This document shows positions 20,480-30,105 of a DNA stretch of 64,000 nt, piece after piece (within the stretch, counting starts at the first letter, position 1; each line of letters opens with the position of its first letter). A program made the translations under genes and the position numbers. The stretch is from Candidatus Multivoradales bacterium (GTDB lineage Bacteria; Acidobacteriota; Thermoanaerobaculia; Multivoradales; JAHEKO01), in the NCBI GenBank assembly GCA_965223155.1, contig CBDCVR010000013.1:576001-640000 (forward strand). Direction: 5' to 3'. The notes under the pieces are model-generated. The model ran no database searches and was not told the origin of the DNA. It saw only the letters and a list, made by a program, of their open reading frames with translations.

Positions 20480-21169
20480 ATGATCGTCGACGTCGTCATC
20501 CCCGCCTTCAACGAGGAACCCTCCTTGCCCCTGGTGCTCGGCGCCATTCCCAGCGGCCTCGTGCGCCGCGTCGTGGTTGTGGACAACAACTCGACGGATG
20601 CCACCGGCGCCGTCGCCCGGGCCGCCGGCGCCGTAGTCGTCGAGGAATCGCGGCCCGGCTACGGCAGCGCCTGCCTGCGCGGACTCGCCTGGCTGCGCAC
20701 CCACCAGCCGCCCGAGGTCGTTGTCTTCCTGGACGCCGACTATTCAGACCACCCGGAAGAGATGGACTCCCTGATCGAGCCCATCGCCGCCGGTAGCGCC
20801 GATCTGGTGATCGGTTCGCGCGTCCTGGGCGAGCGCGAGCGCGGCGCCCTGCTACCGCAAGCCCGCATGGGCAACTGGGTTGCTTGTACCCTGATCCGCC
20901 TTCTCTACGGCCACGCCTATACCGACCTGGGGCCGTTCCGGGCCATCCGCTGGAGCGCACTCGAACAGCTCGCCATGCGCGACCCGGACTTCGGCTGGAC
21001 GGCCGAGATGCAGGTCAAAGCCCTCCGCCACGGCCTCGTGACCGGTGAAGTCCCGGTACGCTACCGGCGCCGGATCGGGGTGTCCAAAATCACCGGAACG
21101 CTGCGCGGAACAGTGCTCGCCGGCTACAAGATCCTGACCACGGTGTTGCGGTACAGTCTGCCGCGATGA
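20480..21169 (+). CDS. Glycosyltransferase family 2
   Basis: VIPAFNEE, VDNNSTD, GYGSAC, FLDAD, TDLGPFRA. Confidence 0.93.
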   Translation: MIVDVVIPAFNEEPSLPLVLGAIPSGLVRRVVVVDNNSTDATGAVARAAGAVVVEESRPGYGSACLRGLAWLRTHQPPEVVVFLDADYSDHPEEMDSLIEPIAAGSADLVIGSRVLGERERGALLPQARMGNWVACTLIRLLYGHAYTDLGPFRAIRWSALEQLAMRDPDFGWTAEMQVKALRHGLVTGEVPVRYRRRIGVSKITGTLRGTVLAGYKILTTVLRYSLPR

Positions 21170-21606
21170 CCGGCAGCCAGGGCGTGGAGGTTCCGATCGA
21201 GGTCCGGTACGCCGAGACCGACCAGATGGGAGTCGTCCATCACGCCGTCTACCCGGTCTGGTTCGAAGTGGCCCGGACCAGGCTGTGCGCCACCTCGGGT
21301 GTCGCCTACCCCGAGATCGAGCGGCGCGGCTACTACCTCCTGGTCACCGGACTCCAGGTCGAGTACCGGCGGTCGGCTCGGTACGGCGAGGATGTCGCCG
21401 TGCGCTGCTGGCTCGATCGATTTGCCAGCCGCGGCCTGCACTTCGCGTATGAGGTCCACGGCAACGGCCGGCTGCTCGTCCGAGGCCGCACGGAGCACGT
21501 CTGGGTTGAAGCGGCAAGCGGCAAGCCGTGCCGGATTCCGGATTGGGTCGAGCAGCCGTTTCGCGACCTGGCGGCGGCGGCGGAATCAAACGCGAGCGCC
21601 CCATGA
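21166..21606 (+). CDS. YbgC/FadM-family acyl-CoA thioesterase
   Basis: VRYAETDQMGVVHHAVY..WFE.AR. Confidence 0.92.
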   Translation: MTGSQGVEVPIEVRYAETDQMGVVHHAVYPVWFEVARTRLCATSGVAYPEIERRGYYLLVTGLQVEYRRSARYGEDVAVRCWLDRFASRGLHFAYEVHGNGRLLVRGRTEHVWVEAASGKPCRIPDWVEQPFRDLAAAAESNASAP

Positions 21607-22802
21607 GCCTCAGACGCCTCCGGCTCACGACCGCGGGCGAAAGCCACGGCCCGGGCTTGACCGCCGTGCTCTCGGGGCTTCCGGCCGGTCTCGCCGTCGA
21701 CTTCGAAGCGCTGGAACACCAGATGCGCCGGCGCATGCACGGCTACGGCCGCGGCCGGCGCATGCAGATCGAGTCCGACGCCGTCGAGGTGCGAGGAGGC
21801 ATCAGGGACGGTGAGACCCTGGGCTCCCCGGTCGCTCTCTGGATCGCCAACCACGACTACGAGACCTGGCGCCGGGTCATGTCGCCGGTGGCCGTGGACC
21901 CGGAAAGCGCCGGCAAGCGCCGCCTGCACGCTCCACGCCCGGGCCACGCCGATCTGTCCGGAGGCATCAAGTTCCTGCGCCGCGACCTGCGCGACGTGCT
22001 GGAGCGGGCTTCGGCGCGGGAGACCGCGGCCCGAGTCGCGGCAGGCTCTCTGGCCCGCCAGCTCCTGGCGGCCCTAGGCGTCGAGATCGCCAGCGGCGTC
22101 CGCGAGCTGGGCGGCGTCGGCGGCGACCGCCCGGTTCCCGACTGGAGCGCCTTGGCCGCCGTCGACGACGCCTCGCCCCTGCGCGCCATCCATCGCGACC
22201 TCGAAGCCGAGATGGTCGCCCTCGTAGACGCCGCCCGCAAGGACGGCGACACCCTGGGCGGCGCGGCCACGGTGGTCGCCCATAACGTGCCATCCGGCCT
22301 CGGCAGCCATACCCACTGGGACCGCAAGCTGGACGGGCGCCTGGCCCAGGCCATGCTCTCGATTCCCGCGGTCAAGGCGGTGGAGATCGGCGCGGCCGTC
22401 GCCGTCAGCCGCGGCCCGGGCAGCCGCGCGCACGACGGCATCGAGCACGACGGCTCCGGCTGGCGGCGGAGTAGCAACCACGCCGGCGGACTCGAGGGCG
22501 GAGTCACCAACGGCGAGGACGTGGTCATCACGATCTACAAGAAGCCGATCTCGACGCTACGCAAGGGCTTGCCCTCGGTGGACATCGACACCCGCGAGGC
22601 GCGTGTCTCGCAGTACGAACGCTCCGACGTCACCGCCTTGCCGGCCGCGGGGGTCATCGCCGAGGCGATGCTCGCGCTGGTGCTGGCGGACGCGGCTCTC
22701 GCCAAGTACGGAGGCGATTCGATGGCCGAGCTCTTGGCCCATTTCCGGGCCAGCCGCGAGCTCGAAGGCCGTTGGCCGGCCCCGGACGACGGGTCCTCGT
22801 AG
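21603..22802 (+). CDS. aroC: Chorismate synthase
   Basis: TAGESHG, GYGRGRRM, PRPGHAD, ERASARETA, GGLEGGVTNG, ERSD. Confidence 0.97.
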   Translation: MSLRRLRLTTAGESHGPGLTAVLSGLPAGLAVDFEALEHQMRRRMHGYGRGRRMQIESDAVEVRGGIRDGETLGSPVALWIANHDYETWRRVMSPVAVDPESAGKRRLHAPRPGHADLSGGIKFLRRDLRDVLERASARETAARVAAGSLARQLLAALGVEIASGVRELGGVGGDRPVPDWSALAAVDDASPLRAIHRDLEAEMVALVDAARKDGDTLGGAATVVAHNVPSGLGSHTHWDRKLDGRLAQAMLSIPAVKAVEIGAAVAVSRGPGSRAHDGIEHDGSGWRRSSNHAGGLEGGVTNGEDVVITIYKKPISTLRKGLPSVDIDTREARVSQYERSDVTALPAAGVIAEAMLALVLADAALAKYGGDSMAELLAHFRASRELEGRWPAPDDGSS

Positions 22803-22851
22803 CCCCGGCCGGATCGGGCACGAGGCCTCTTCCCCGAATCAGCGACGAGAC

Positions 22852-23769
22852 CTACGAAGGACTTTCGCCGAAGTGCTTCTCGAGCAGCGCGAAGACCCGC
22901 TGGACGTCACGGCCGGGTTCGACGATGCGCCCGAAGAGAGTCTTGTAGGTCAAGCGCAGCGTCTCCAGATCCCGATCCCGGAGTAGCTTGACCACTTCTT
23001 CGATCGCCCGCTGCGAGGTCGGCCCGTAGGACGGGCGAGTGTACTCGCGCTCCAGAATCACGAGGCTGTAGAACAGAGGATCGGGCAAGGCATCGCCCGC
23101 GCCGTCCGCGTCCGCTCCAACCTTGGCCGCGGCGGCCGGTCGCGCTTCCTGAGGCGACACCGAGGGTTCCGGCCCTTCCTCCACTCCGGGAACCGGAGTG
23201 GCTTCGGGCTCGGCAGCCGGTCCATCGTCCAGCTGTTCGATGGTCTCGGGCGGCACGTCGGCGACCTCGGCCAGGAGCTTGCCGGTCTGTTCCGAAGCCT
23301 CTTCGGTGGCGTCCGCTCCGTCGGAGGAGCCCCCGACCTTGCGCCGCTCGGCGAACAGCGGCAACGAGCGCAGCTCGTTGGCGAACCGAGAGAACAGGAC
23401 GAAGAGCTCCTTCTCGGTGCTGAAGTTCCCGACCAGGCGGGCGTTCTGGCCGACCTCGAGCCGCTTGGCCTCCTGGAAGACGATATTGGCCTTGGCCGCC
23501 TGCTCGAGCTGGATGGAATCGGCTTTGACTCGCCAGGCGGTCAGACTGCCTTCGACGTAGCAAGTCTCCGCGCACTGTACGGTCACCGCCTCGACCTGGG
23601 CGGCCGATTCGATCCGGATCGAGCCATTGACCGACTCGAGAGTGGCGAAGCTTCCCGAGTCCTGGATCACCAGGTTCCCCGGAGTGCGAATCGAAAGCTG
23701 GCCGTGGACGTCTACCTGAATGTCCGTCCCGGACGGGATGATCATCGTGGGAGCTTTTTCGGCTGTCAT
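22852..23769 (-). CDS. Bactofilin-like beta-helix protein with acidic linker and unknown C-terminal helical domain
   Basis: N-terminal alternating hydrophobic beta strands (GQLSIR, GNLVIQ, GSIRIE, CYVEGSL, ARLVGNF); directly downstream of an M23 peptidase; GGAAGG SD. Confidence 0.6.
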   Translation of the reverse strand: MTAEKAPTMIIPSGTDIQVDVHGQLSIRTPGNLVIQDSGSFATLESVNGSIRIESAAQVEAVTVQCAETCYVEGSLTAWRVKADSIQLEQAAKANIVFQEAKRLEVGQNARLVGNFSTEKELFVLFSRFANELRSLPLFAERRKVGGSSDGADATEEASEQTGKLLAEVADVPPETIEQLDDGPAAEPEATPVPGVEEGPEPSVSPQEARPAAAAKVGADADGAGDALPDPLFYSLVILEREYTRPSYGPTSQRAIEEVVKLLRDRDLETLRLTYKTLFGRIVEPGRDVQRVFALLEKHFGESPS

Positions 23770-23799
23770 GGTCCTTCCTCGCGCCCGTTAGCGGCCCCG

Positions 23800-24846
23800 T
23801 TAGCGGCCAATAATCCGCGGTAGCGGCTCGTAGCCCCGGGCCTCCGGAGCCATGCGCGCCCGCACCAGCAGTTGCTCCTCGTTGCGCCACTTGTGATCCA
23901 GGATGTAAATCCTTGGATCCACGGGCTTGAAGTCGCCGGCCGCGGAGCGCGCCCGGATCTCGTAGTGCAAATGGGGGCTGGTGCTCCATCCGGTGTTGCC
24001 CACGGTGGCAATCACCGTGCCCTGCTCGATCCGCTGCCCGCTGCGCACGCTCACATCCTCGCAATGGCCGAACAGCGTGATGAAGGAATCGTCATGGCGA
24101 ATCGCGACCAGATTGCCGTAGCGCCACCAGGAAACGCTTTGCTTCAGGGGGTAGCGTCCGGCGAAGACGACCACTCCGTCGGCCGGGGCGTAGATCGGCG
24201 TCCCGGTGGGGGCTGCCATGTCCAGGCCGGCGTGAAAGTCCACCTTCTTGGTGAACGGGCTCCGCCGCGTGCCGAAGGGGCTGGTCAGGACGAAGTCGGC
24301 CGAGCGCAGAGGCGAGATGGAAGGCGTGGTCCGCACCTGGCCGCCGTGGGCGCCTTCGAAGCTGTGCACCTCCTCCAGGAAGGTGTCCAAGACCCGAAGC
24401 TGCTCCCGAATGCCGGCTTCGAGGTCTCCCGCCCGCTCCACCGCGGTCGCATAGATCGAGTCCGGCATGGTCCGGCCGCGAAATGGGAACCCTCCCTGTC
24501 CGACCGATTCGTCGCCCTCGAGGCCGTAGGCGACGTAGACCCGGCTGATGCGCAGGCGCAGGTCCGCGCTCTCGCCGTCCAGGCGCCCCAACTCGTGGGT
24601 CAGCTCCTGCAACCGGTCGCCGAGGGTCGCGCGCTCGGCCACCAGCGTCTTGTATTCCCGACCACTCAGCAGGTCACCGACAACCTTGGGCAGAATCGCC
24701 AGGTTGAACAGCCCTGCGGCGAGTGCCGCCACCAGGCCGACCGCCCAGAGCCGCGCCTGCTTTCGGGTCAGGAAGAAATAGCGCACCCGCGACCGGATGT
24801 CGCCGGGGTGAAACTGAATCTCCAGAAATGGCCGCTGCTTCGACAA
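23800..24846 (-). CDS. M23 family membrane-anchored peptidoglycan endopeptidase
   Basis: N-terminal TM, coiled coil, HAGLD, YGNLV, GNTGWSTSPHLHYE. Confidence 0.93.
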   Translation of the reverse strand: MSKQRPFLEIQFHPGDIRSRVRYFFLTRKQARLWAVGLVAALAAGLFNLAILPKVVGDLLSGREYKTLVAERATLGDRLQELTHELGRLDGESADLRLRISRVYVAYGLEGDESVGQGGFPFRGRTMPDSIYATAVERAGDLEAGIREQLRVLDTFLEEVHSFEGAHGGQVRTTPSISPLRSADFVLTSPFGTRRSPFTKKVDFHAGLDMAAPTGTPIYAPADGVVVFAGRYPLKQSVSWWRYGNLVAIRHDDSFITLFGHCEDVSVRSGQRIEQGTVIATVGNTGWSTSPHLHYEIRARSAAGDFKPVDPRIYILDHKWRNEEQLLVRARMAPEARGYEPLPRIIGR

Positions 24847-24906
24847 CGCAAGACACCTTGGGCAAGCTGAATCAACCTAGCATGCCGGTCGGAAGCGCCC
24901 TGTGAT

Positions 24907-25782
24907 TCAGGGCACAAGTCGATCTATCTTAGCCTCTCCGGCGATTTTCCGGGCCACTCTCAGCAAATCGCCGTGCACCCCGGGAGCGCCCGCCAGGACG
25001 TTGCCGCCCCGCAGAAAGCCGTCGCCGCCGTCCAGATCCGTAACCACCCCGCCCGCTTCACGAATCAAGAGCTCGCCCGCGGCCACGTCCCAAGCCGACA
25101 GCCGGTACTCGAAGAAGCCGTCGAAGACGCCGGCCGCGGTGTGCGCCAGATCCAGGGCCGCGGCACCGCACCGGCGCACGGCGCGGGCGCGCAGAAAGAC
25201 CGCCTCGAACACCTCGAGATACGCGCCCAGGGCACCCCGGGCCTTGAACGGAAAGCCGGTCGCCAGGAAGGCTCCGTCCAGGCCGGCCCGCTGGCTCACC
25301 GCGAGGGCGGTGCCGTCCCGGTCGGCGCCGCGGCCGGACACCGCCCGGTAGAGCCGGTCCAGCTCGGGGTCGTAGACCGCGGCCACCACCGTCCGGCCGT
25401 CCCGCTGGCAGGCGATCGACACCGCGTAGACCGGCAGCCCCTGGAGGAAGTTGGTGGTGCCGTCCAGAGGGTCCACGATCCAGCGCCAACCGCCCGGGGT
25501 GCCGCCCGGCACGAATCCCGATTCCTCGGACAGAATCTCGTCCTCGGGAAACGCTCCCCGGACGGCCTCCAGGATCGAGCTCTCCGCGGCCCGGTCGGCC
25601 GAGGTGACGAAGTCGTGCTCGGCCTTGGCGCTGACTTCGAACGCCCGCGACCGAAAGTGGCGACGGAGGACCGCACCCGCGGCCCGCGCCGCCGACTCGG
25701 CGAGGGTGGCCCGGGCTTCGAGCTCGCTGTCCCGGACGGCTCCGTCGCGCGATCCACTGGCAGCTCCCCGATCCTGGGACAC
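24907..25782 (-). CDS. suhB: Inositol monophosphatase family (SuhB-like)
   Basis: DFVTSAD, SEE, WIVDPLDGTTNF, GAAALDL, WDVAAG. Confidence 0.9.
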   Translation of the reverse strand: MSQDRGAASGSRDGAVRDSELEARATLAESAARAAGAVLRRHFRSRAFEVSAKAEHDFVTSADRAAESSILEAVRGAFPEDEILSEESGFVPGGTPGGWRWIVDPLDGTTNFLQGLPVYAVSIACQRDGRTVVAAVYDPELDRLYRAVSGRGADRDGTALAVSQRAGLDGAFLATGFPFKARGALGAYLEVFEAVFLRARAVRRCGAAALDLAHTAAGVFDGFFEYRLSAWDVAAGELLIREAGGVVTDLDGGDGFLRGGNVLAGAPGVHGDLLRVARKIAGEAKIDRLVP

Positions 25783-25789
25783 GGGCTGG

Positions 25790-27070
25790 TTAGTCCAGGA
25801 CGCGGCCGCCGACGACCGTGCCCACGGCCCGCCCACGCAGCTTCCAGGCGCCAAACGGCGTGTTGCGGCCCTTGCTGGCGAAGCGCTTGGGGTTGATCGT
25901 GACCCGCGAGTCCAGGGACAGCAGGGTGACGTCGCCGGGGCTGCCCTCGGCCAGGCTGCCTCCGGGCACGCCCAGGATCCGGGCCGGCGCCGTGGACAGG
26001 AGCTCGACCAAACGAGACAGGGAGATCACCCCGGGCCGGACCAAGCGGTCCAGGCACAGGCTGACCGTTGTCTCGAGGCCGACGATGCCGAAGGGCGCGC
26101 ACGAGAACTGCAAGTTCTTCTCGTCGGCGTGGTGGGGAGCGTGGTCGCTGGCGATGACGTCGATGGTGCCATCGGCGAGTCCCGCCAGAAGCGCCTGGCG
26201 ATCGGCCTCCGCGCGTAGCGGCGGCTTCATCTTGGTATCGGTAGAGAGCAGCGAGTCCAGGACCTCCCGGTCGGTCAGGAGCAGGTGGTGCGGGGTCACC
26301 TCGCAGGTCACGGCCAGGCCCTTGTCCTTGGCCCGGCGCACCAGCTCAAGCGCTCCGCGGGTCGAGAGATGCGCGACGTGGTACCGCCCTCCGAAGTGCT
26401 CCACCAGCAGCAGATCGCGCGAGACGATGATGTCCTCGGCCACGCCCGGCAATCCGGGCAGGCCCGTCCGGGTCGAGAACTCGCCCTCGTGCATGACACC
26501 GCCACAGCCCAGGGTCAGATCCTCGGCATGCTGGATCACCGGCACGCCGAAGTGCTGCGTGTACTCCAAGGCCCGGCGCATCAGCTCCGAGCTCATCACC
26601 GGCAAACCGTCGTCGGACACCGCCACTGCGCCCGCCCGCACCATGTCCCCGACCTCGGCCAACTCTTCGCCGCTCAGGCCCTTGGAGATGGCGCCAATGG
26701 GATGGACCCGGGCCGCCGGGTGGCGCGCGGCCTCGACCAGGATGTGCTCGGTCACCGAGCGGCTGTCGTTGACCGGATCGGTGTTGGCCATGCAGGCCAC
26801 CGCCGTGAATCCGCCCGCCGCGGCCGCCGCGACGCCGGTGGCGACGGTCTCCTTGTACTCCTGGCCCGGCTCGCGCAGATGGACGTGCATGTCCACGAAC
26901 CCGGGAGCCACGACCAGCCCGCTGGCGTCGATCACCCGGTCGCGCTTGCCAATCCGGCCCGCCGAGCCCACTCGCAGCACCCGTCCGTCCCGGATGACGA
27001 CGTCGGCGACGGCGTCCAGCTCCTGGCTGGGATCCACGACCCGGCCGCCGCGTAGCACCAGCTTGGTCAC
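25790..27070 (-). CDS. pyrC: Dihydroorotase
   Basis: [35 protein letters not shown]; follows pyrB. Confidence 0.96.
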   Translation of the reverse strand: MTKLVLRGGRVVDPSQELDAVADVVIRDGRVLRVGSAGRIGKRDRVIDASGLVVAPGFVDMHVHLREPGQEYKETVATGVAAAAAGGFTAVACMANTDPVNDSRSVTEHILVEAARHPAARVHPIGAISKGLSGEELAEVGDMVRAGAVAVSDDGLPVMSSELMRRALEYTQHFGVPVIQHAEDLTLGCGGVMHEGEFSTRTGLPGLPGVAEDIIVSRDLLLVEHFGGRYHVAHLSTRGALELVRRAKDKGLAVTCEVTPHHLLLTDREVLDSLLSTDTKMKPPLRAEADRQALLAGLADGTIDVIASDHAPHHADEKNLQFSCAPFGIVGLETTVSLCLDRLVRPGVISLSRLVELLSTAPARILGVPGGSLAEGSPGDVTLLSLDSRVTINPKRFASKGRNTPFGAWKLRGRAVGTVVGGRVLD

Positions 27071-28008
27071 GAGTCTCCTCCGCCCGCCTGGGCCAAGAGA
27101 TAGAGCACCGCCATGCGCACCGCGACGCCGTTGGCGACCTGGTCCAGAATCAGCGAATAGCGGCCGTCGGCCACGTCGCTGGCGATCTCGACGCCCCGGT
27201 TCATGGGCCCGGGATGCAAGATCACGGCTCCGCGCCGGGCCCGGCGCAGTCGTTCGCGGGTCAACCCGAAGAGATCGAAGTATTCGCGCACCGAGGGAAA
27301 AAGCATCCGGCTCTGGCGCTCCAGTTGAACCCGCAGCATCATCATCACGTCCGCGCCCCGGATCGCCTCGTCCAGGTCGTAGACGACGCGCACCCCCAGC
27401 TCCTGGATCCCCGCCGGCATCATCGTGCGCGGTCCCGCGACGGTCACCTTGGCGCCCATCTTGGAGAGCAGGTAGATATTCGAGCGCACCACCCGGCTGT
27501 GGGCGATGTCACCGACGATCGAGACGTTGAGGCCCTCCAAGCGTCCCTTGGCGGCCCGGATGGTAAACGCGTCCAGCAGCGCCTGCGTGGGGTGCTCCTG
27601 GGCGCCGTCGCCGGCGTTGATGACGCCGGCCTGGATCGTCTCCGCCAGCATCCTGGGAACGCCCGGGTGCCCGTGACGGATGACGATCAGGTCGGGCGCC
27701 ATGGCCTGCAGGTTCCGGGCGGTGTCCACCAGGCTCTCGCCCTTGATCAGCCCCGAGGACGAAGCCGAGAAATTGATCGAGTCCGCCGACAGGCGCTTCT
27801 CGGCAATCTCGAAGCTCGAGCGCGTGCGTGTCGAGGGCTCGAAGAAGAGGTTGATGACGGTGCGCCCGCGCAGGGTGGGCACCTTCTTGATCGGCCGCTC
27901 GGCGACCTCGACGAAGGACTCCGCCGTGTCCAAGATGTGCTGGATCTCAGCCACGGAAAGATCCGCTATCGACAGCAGATCCTTCCGATCCCAGCTGGCC
28001 TCGGTCAT
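27067..28008 (-). CDS. pyrB: Aspartate carbamoyltransferase catalytic subunit
   Basis: [35 protein letters not shown]. Confidence 0.97.
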   Translation of the reverse strand: MTEASWDRKDLLSIADLSVAEIQHILDTAESFVEVAERPIKKVPTLRGRTVINLFFEPSTRTRSSFEIAEKRLSADSINFSASSSGLIKGESLVDTARNLQAMAPDLIVIRHGHPGVPRMLAETIQAGVINAGDGAQEHPTQALLDAFTIRAAKGRLEGLNVSIVGDIAHSRVVRSNIYLLSKMGAKVTVAGPRTMMPAGIQELGVRVVYDLDEAIRGADVMMMLRVQLERQSRMLFPSVREYFDLFGLTRERLRRARRGAVILHPGPMNRGVEIASDVADGRYSLILDQVANGVAVRMAVLYLLAQAGGGDS

Positions 28009-28565
28009 TCGCCGTTCACCAGCTCCAGAATCGACACGCCGTCCTCGCCGTCGGTGGATTCGAAGCGCACCTCGACGACCTCATCGGCTGCCGTCGGCAC
28101 CTTCTTGCCGACCACGTCTGCCTGAATCGGCAGCTCCCTGTGGCCGCGGTCGATCAGTACCGCCAACTGCACGCGCCGGGGCCGCCCGTAATCGACCAGG
28201 TGATCCAGAGCGGCGCGCACGGTCCGGCCCGTGTAGAGGACGTCGTCGCAGAGCACCAGCCGGCTGTTGCTCAAGGTGGTCGGAAAGTGCGTGTCCTTGA
28301 CCACCGGCTGCGGCGCGATCGTGGACAGATCGTCGCGGTACAGGGTGATGTCCAGAACGCCGACCGGCACTTCCATGTCTTCCATGGCCTGGATTTGCTT
28401 GGCCAGGAGCTCGGCCAGCGGCACCCCCCGGGTCCGGATCCCTACCAGCACGAGGGTCTCTTCGCGGCCTTCGGCCTCCAAGAGCTCCCCCGCCATGCGC
28501 CGGATGATCCGGTGCATCTCTTTGCCGCCCAGGATCCGGCGTCGGTGCTTCAGCTTGTCGGCCAA
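28005..28565 (-). CDS. pyrR: PyrR bifunctional pyr regulator / uracil phosphoribosyltransferase
   Basis: [33 protein letters not shown]. Confidence 0.96.
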   Translation of the reverse strand: MADKLKHRRRILGGKEMHRIIRRMAGELLEAEGREETLVLVGIRTRGVPLAELLAKQIQAMEDMEVPVGVLDITLYRDDLSTIAPQPVVKDTHFPTTLSNSRLVLCDDVLYTGRTVRAALDHLVDYGRPRRVQLAVLIDRGHRELPIQADVVGKKVPTAADEVVEVRFESTDGEDGVSILELVNGE

Positions 28566-28589
28566 GAAGTCTCCGTTCGGGTCGGCGGG

Positions 28590-28618
28590 ATGCTACGTCC
28601 GAGGCGATGCCGTGTCAA
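28590..28618 (-). promoter_or_regulatory. Sigma70-type promoter of pyrR-pyrB-pyrC
   Basis: Minus strand TTGACA (28618-28613), 17 nt spacer, TAGCAT (28595-28590). Confidence 0.75.
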
Positions 28619-28689
28619 TTTCCCGGTCACTCAATCCCGTCGCCTCTAGGCCCATCGACCCTAGCCCCATCGACCCTTGCGCAATCCGG

Positions 28690-30105
28690 TCATCGGATCA
28701 CGTGCCAAGCGGTTTGGCGGCCGGCGAGATAGGTCACGCGTTCGCCGTCGAAGACCGCGCTCTGCTCCAGCTTGATCTGGACGCGGGCTCCCTGCCACTC
28801 GGGCACCGCCACCTTGACGTTGCCCTCGATGGCGTACGCGGTGGCCGGCGCCAGCGGCCAGTCTCCCCGAACCGGCGTCGGTCCCTGGTTGTCCCACATG
28901 CCGATGGTCGGGCCGGGCGCGTGCCCGAAAAAGCCCAGCGGGTGGGTGTAGATGCTAGCCACGATACCTGCGCGCTCGGCCGCGGCCGCGGCCTCCGCCA
29001 GGATCTCGTTGCCGGTGCGACCCGTGCGAAACTCGCCCGCCAGAAGGTCCTGCCAACGGTTGCCCACCGCCAGAGCCTGGCGCAGGCCCGCGGGCACTTC
29101 GGACTCTCCCGGCCGCAGCACGTACCCCATCTCCTGGGTGTCGGTACACAAACGCAGATAGCAGATGCCGACGTCGGTGTGCAGCACGTCGCCTCGATGG
29201 ATCACCCCGGAGGTGCCGCAAAACGGATTCTCCAGGCCGCACTCGGCGCTCGGCCGCTGGACGTTGACGTAGGGTTGAAACCAGATCGGCAGATCCAGCT
29301 CCGCGTACCGCTGGGCCAGAAACCAGGCCACGTCGTCGGTGGTCGTCACACCCGGGGTGATGACGTTCTCGGAGAAGGCCTCCGAGATCGCCGAGCGCGC
29401 CAGGGCCACGACGTGCGGGTAGACCGCCAGCTCGCGCTCGGTGCGGGTCTCGAGCCAACGCACCACGAGATCCTCGGCGGAGACGAGGCGCGAAGCCAAC
29501 TCCTCGGGCAAGACCGAGACCAACCGGTCCCGCAGGCTGGCGGTCAGCCCGTCGGCCACCGGCCAGTCCCGGCTGACGTTGATGCCGATGCGGCGCGGCG
29601 CGCGCTCCTGGATGACTTCCGCCAGACCCCGCCACTGGGCGTCCAGATCGCCCCCCTTCCAGGCAGACTCGTACAGGCTGCGGAACGGGTAGCGGTTCAC
29701 GGTCAGCCGCTCCAGCCCCTCGTCGGGACCGCGGTCGAAGAACACCAGCATGGTCGTGCGCCGGGCCGCGTAGACCGGCTCGGGCACCAGCGAGAAGTAG
29801 ACCGGATCTTCGGCGTACTCCCGATTCATGACCAGCCACATGTCCAGGCCGGCCTCGCGCATCAAGCCCGGCAGCAGGGTGTCCAACCGGTCTTCCAGGA
29901 TCTCGTTGACCGGAGCGACCCGGTCGCGCTCGGCCAGAACGGCGCCGGCGCTGGCGACGTAGCGACCCTGCTCGGGTGGGTCGCCGGCCGCCGCGTGGGG
30001 CGCGGCCGGCACCGTGAGCAGACCAACCAGCGCCAGAACGGCGGTCACGGTACCTTCCGAGACCGGACGGCGGCATCCAGGCGGCGCCGAATCAATCGTC
30101 GACAT
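28690..30105 (-). CDS. M24 family (Xaa-Pro aminopeptidase-like) exported metallopeptidase
   Basis: Signal-like N-terminus, REYAEDP, HTDVG...TDTQE, THPLG..GH, AIE. Confidence 0.85.
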   Translation of the reverse strand: MSTIDSAPPGCRRPVSEGTVTAVLALVGLLTVPAAPHAAAGDPPEQGRYVASAGAVLAERDRVAPVNEILEDRLDTLLPGLMREAGLDMWLVMNREYAEDPVYFSLVPEPVYAARRTTMLVFFDRGPDEGLERLTVNRYPFRSLYESAWKGGDLDAQWRGLAEVIQERAPRRIGINVSRDWPVADGLTASLRDRLVSVLPEELASRLVSAEDLVVRWLETRTERELAVYPHVVALARSAISEAFSENVITPGVTTTDDVAWFLAQRYAELDLPIWFQPYVNVQRPSAECGLENPFCGTSGVIHRGDVLHTDVGICYLRLCTDTQEMGYVLRPGESEVPAGLRQALAVGNRWQDLLAGEFRTGRTGNEILAEAAAAAERAGIVASIYTHPLGFFGHAPGPTIGMWDNQGPTPVRGDWPLAPATAYAIEGNVKVAVPEWQGARVQIKLEQSAVFDGERVTYLAGRQTAWHVIR

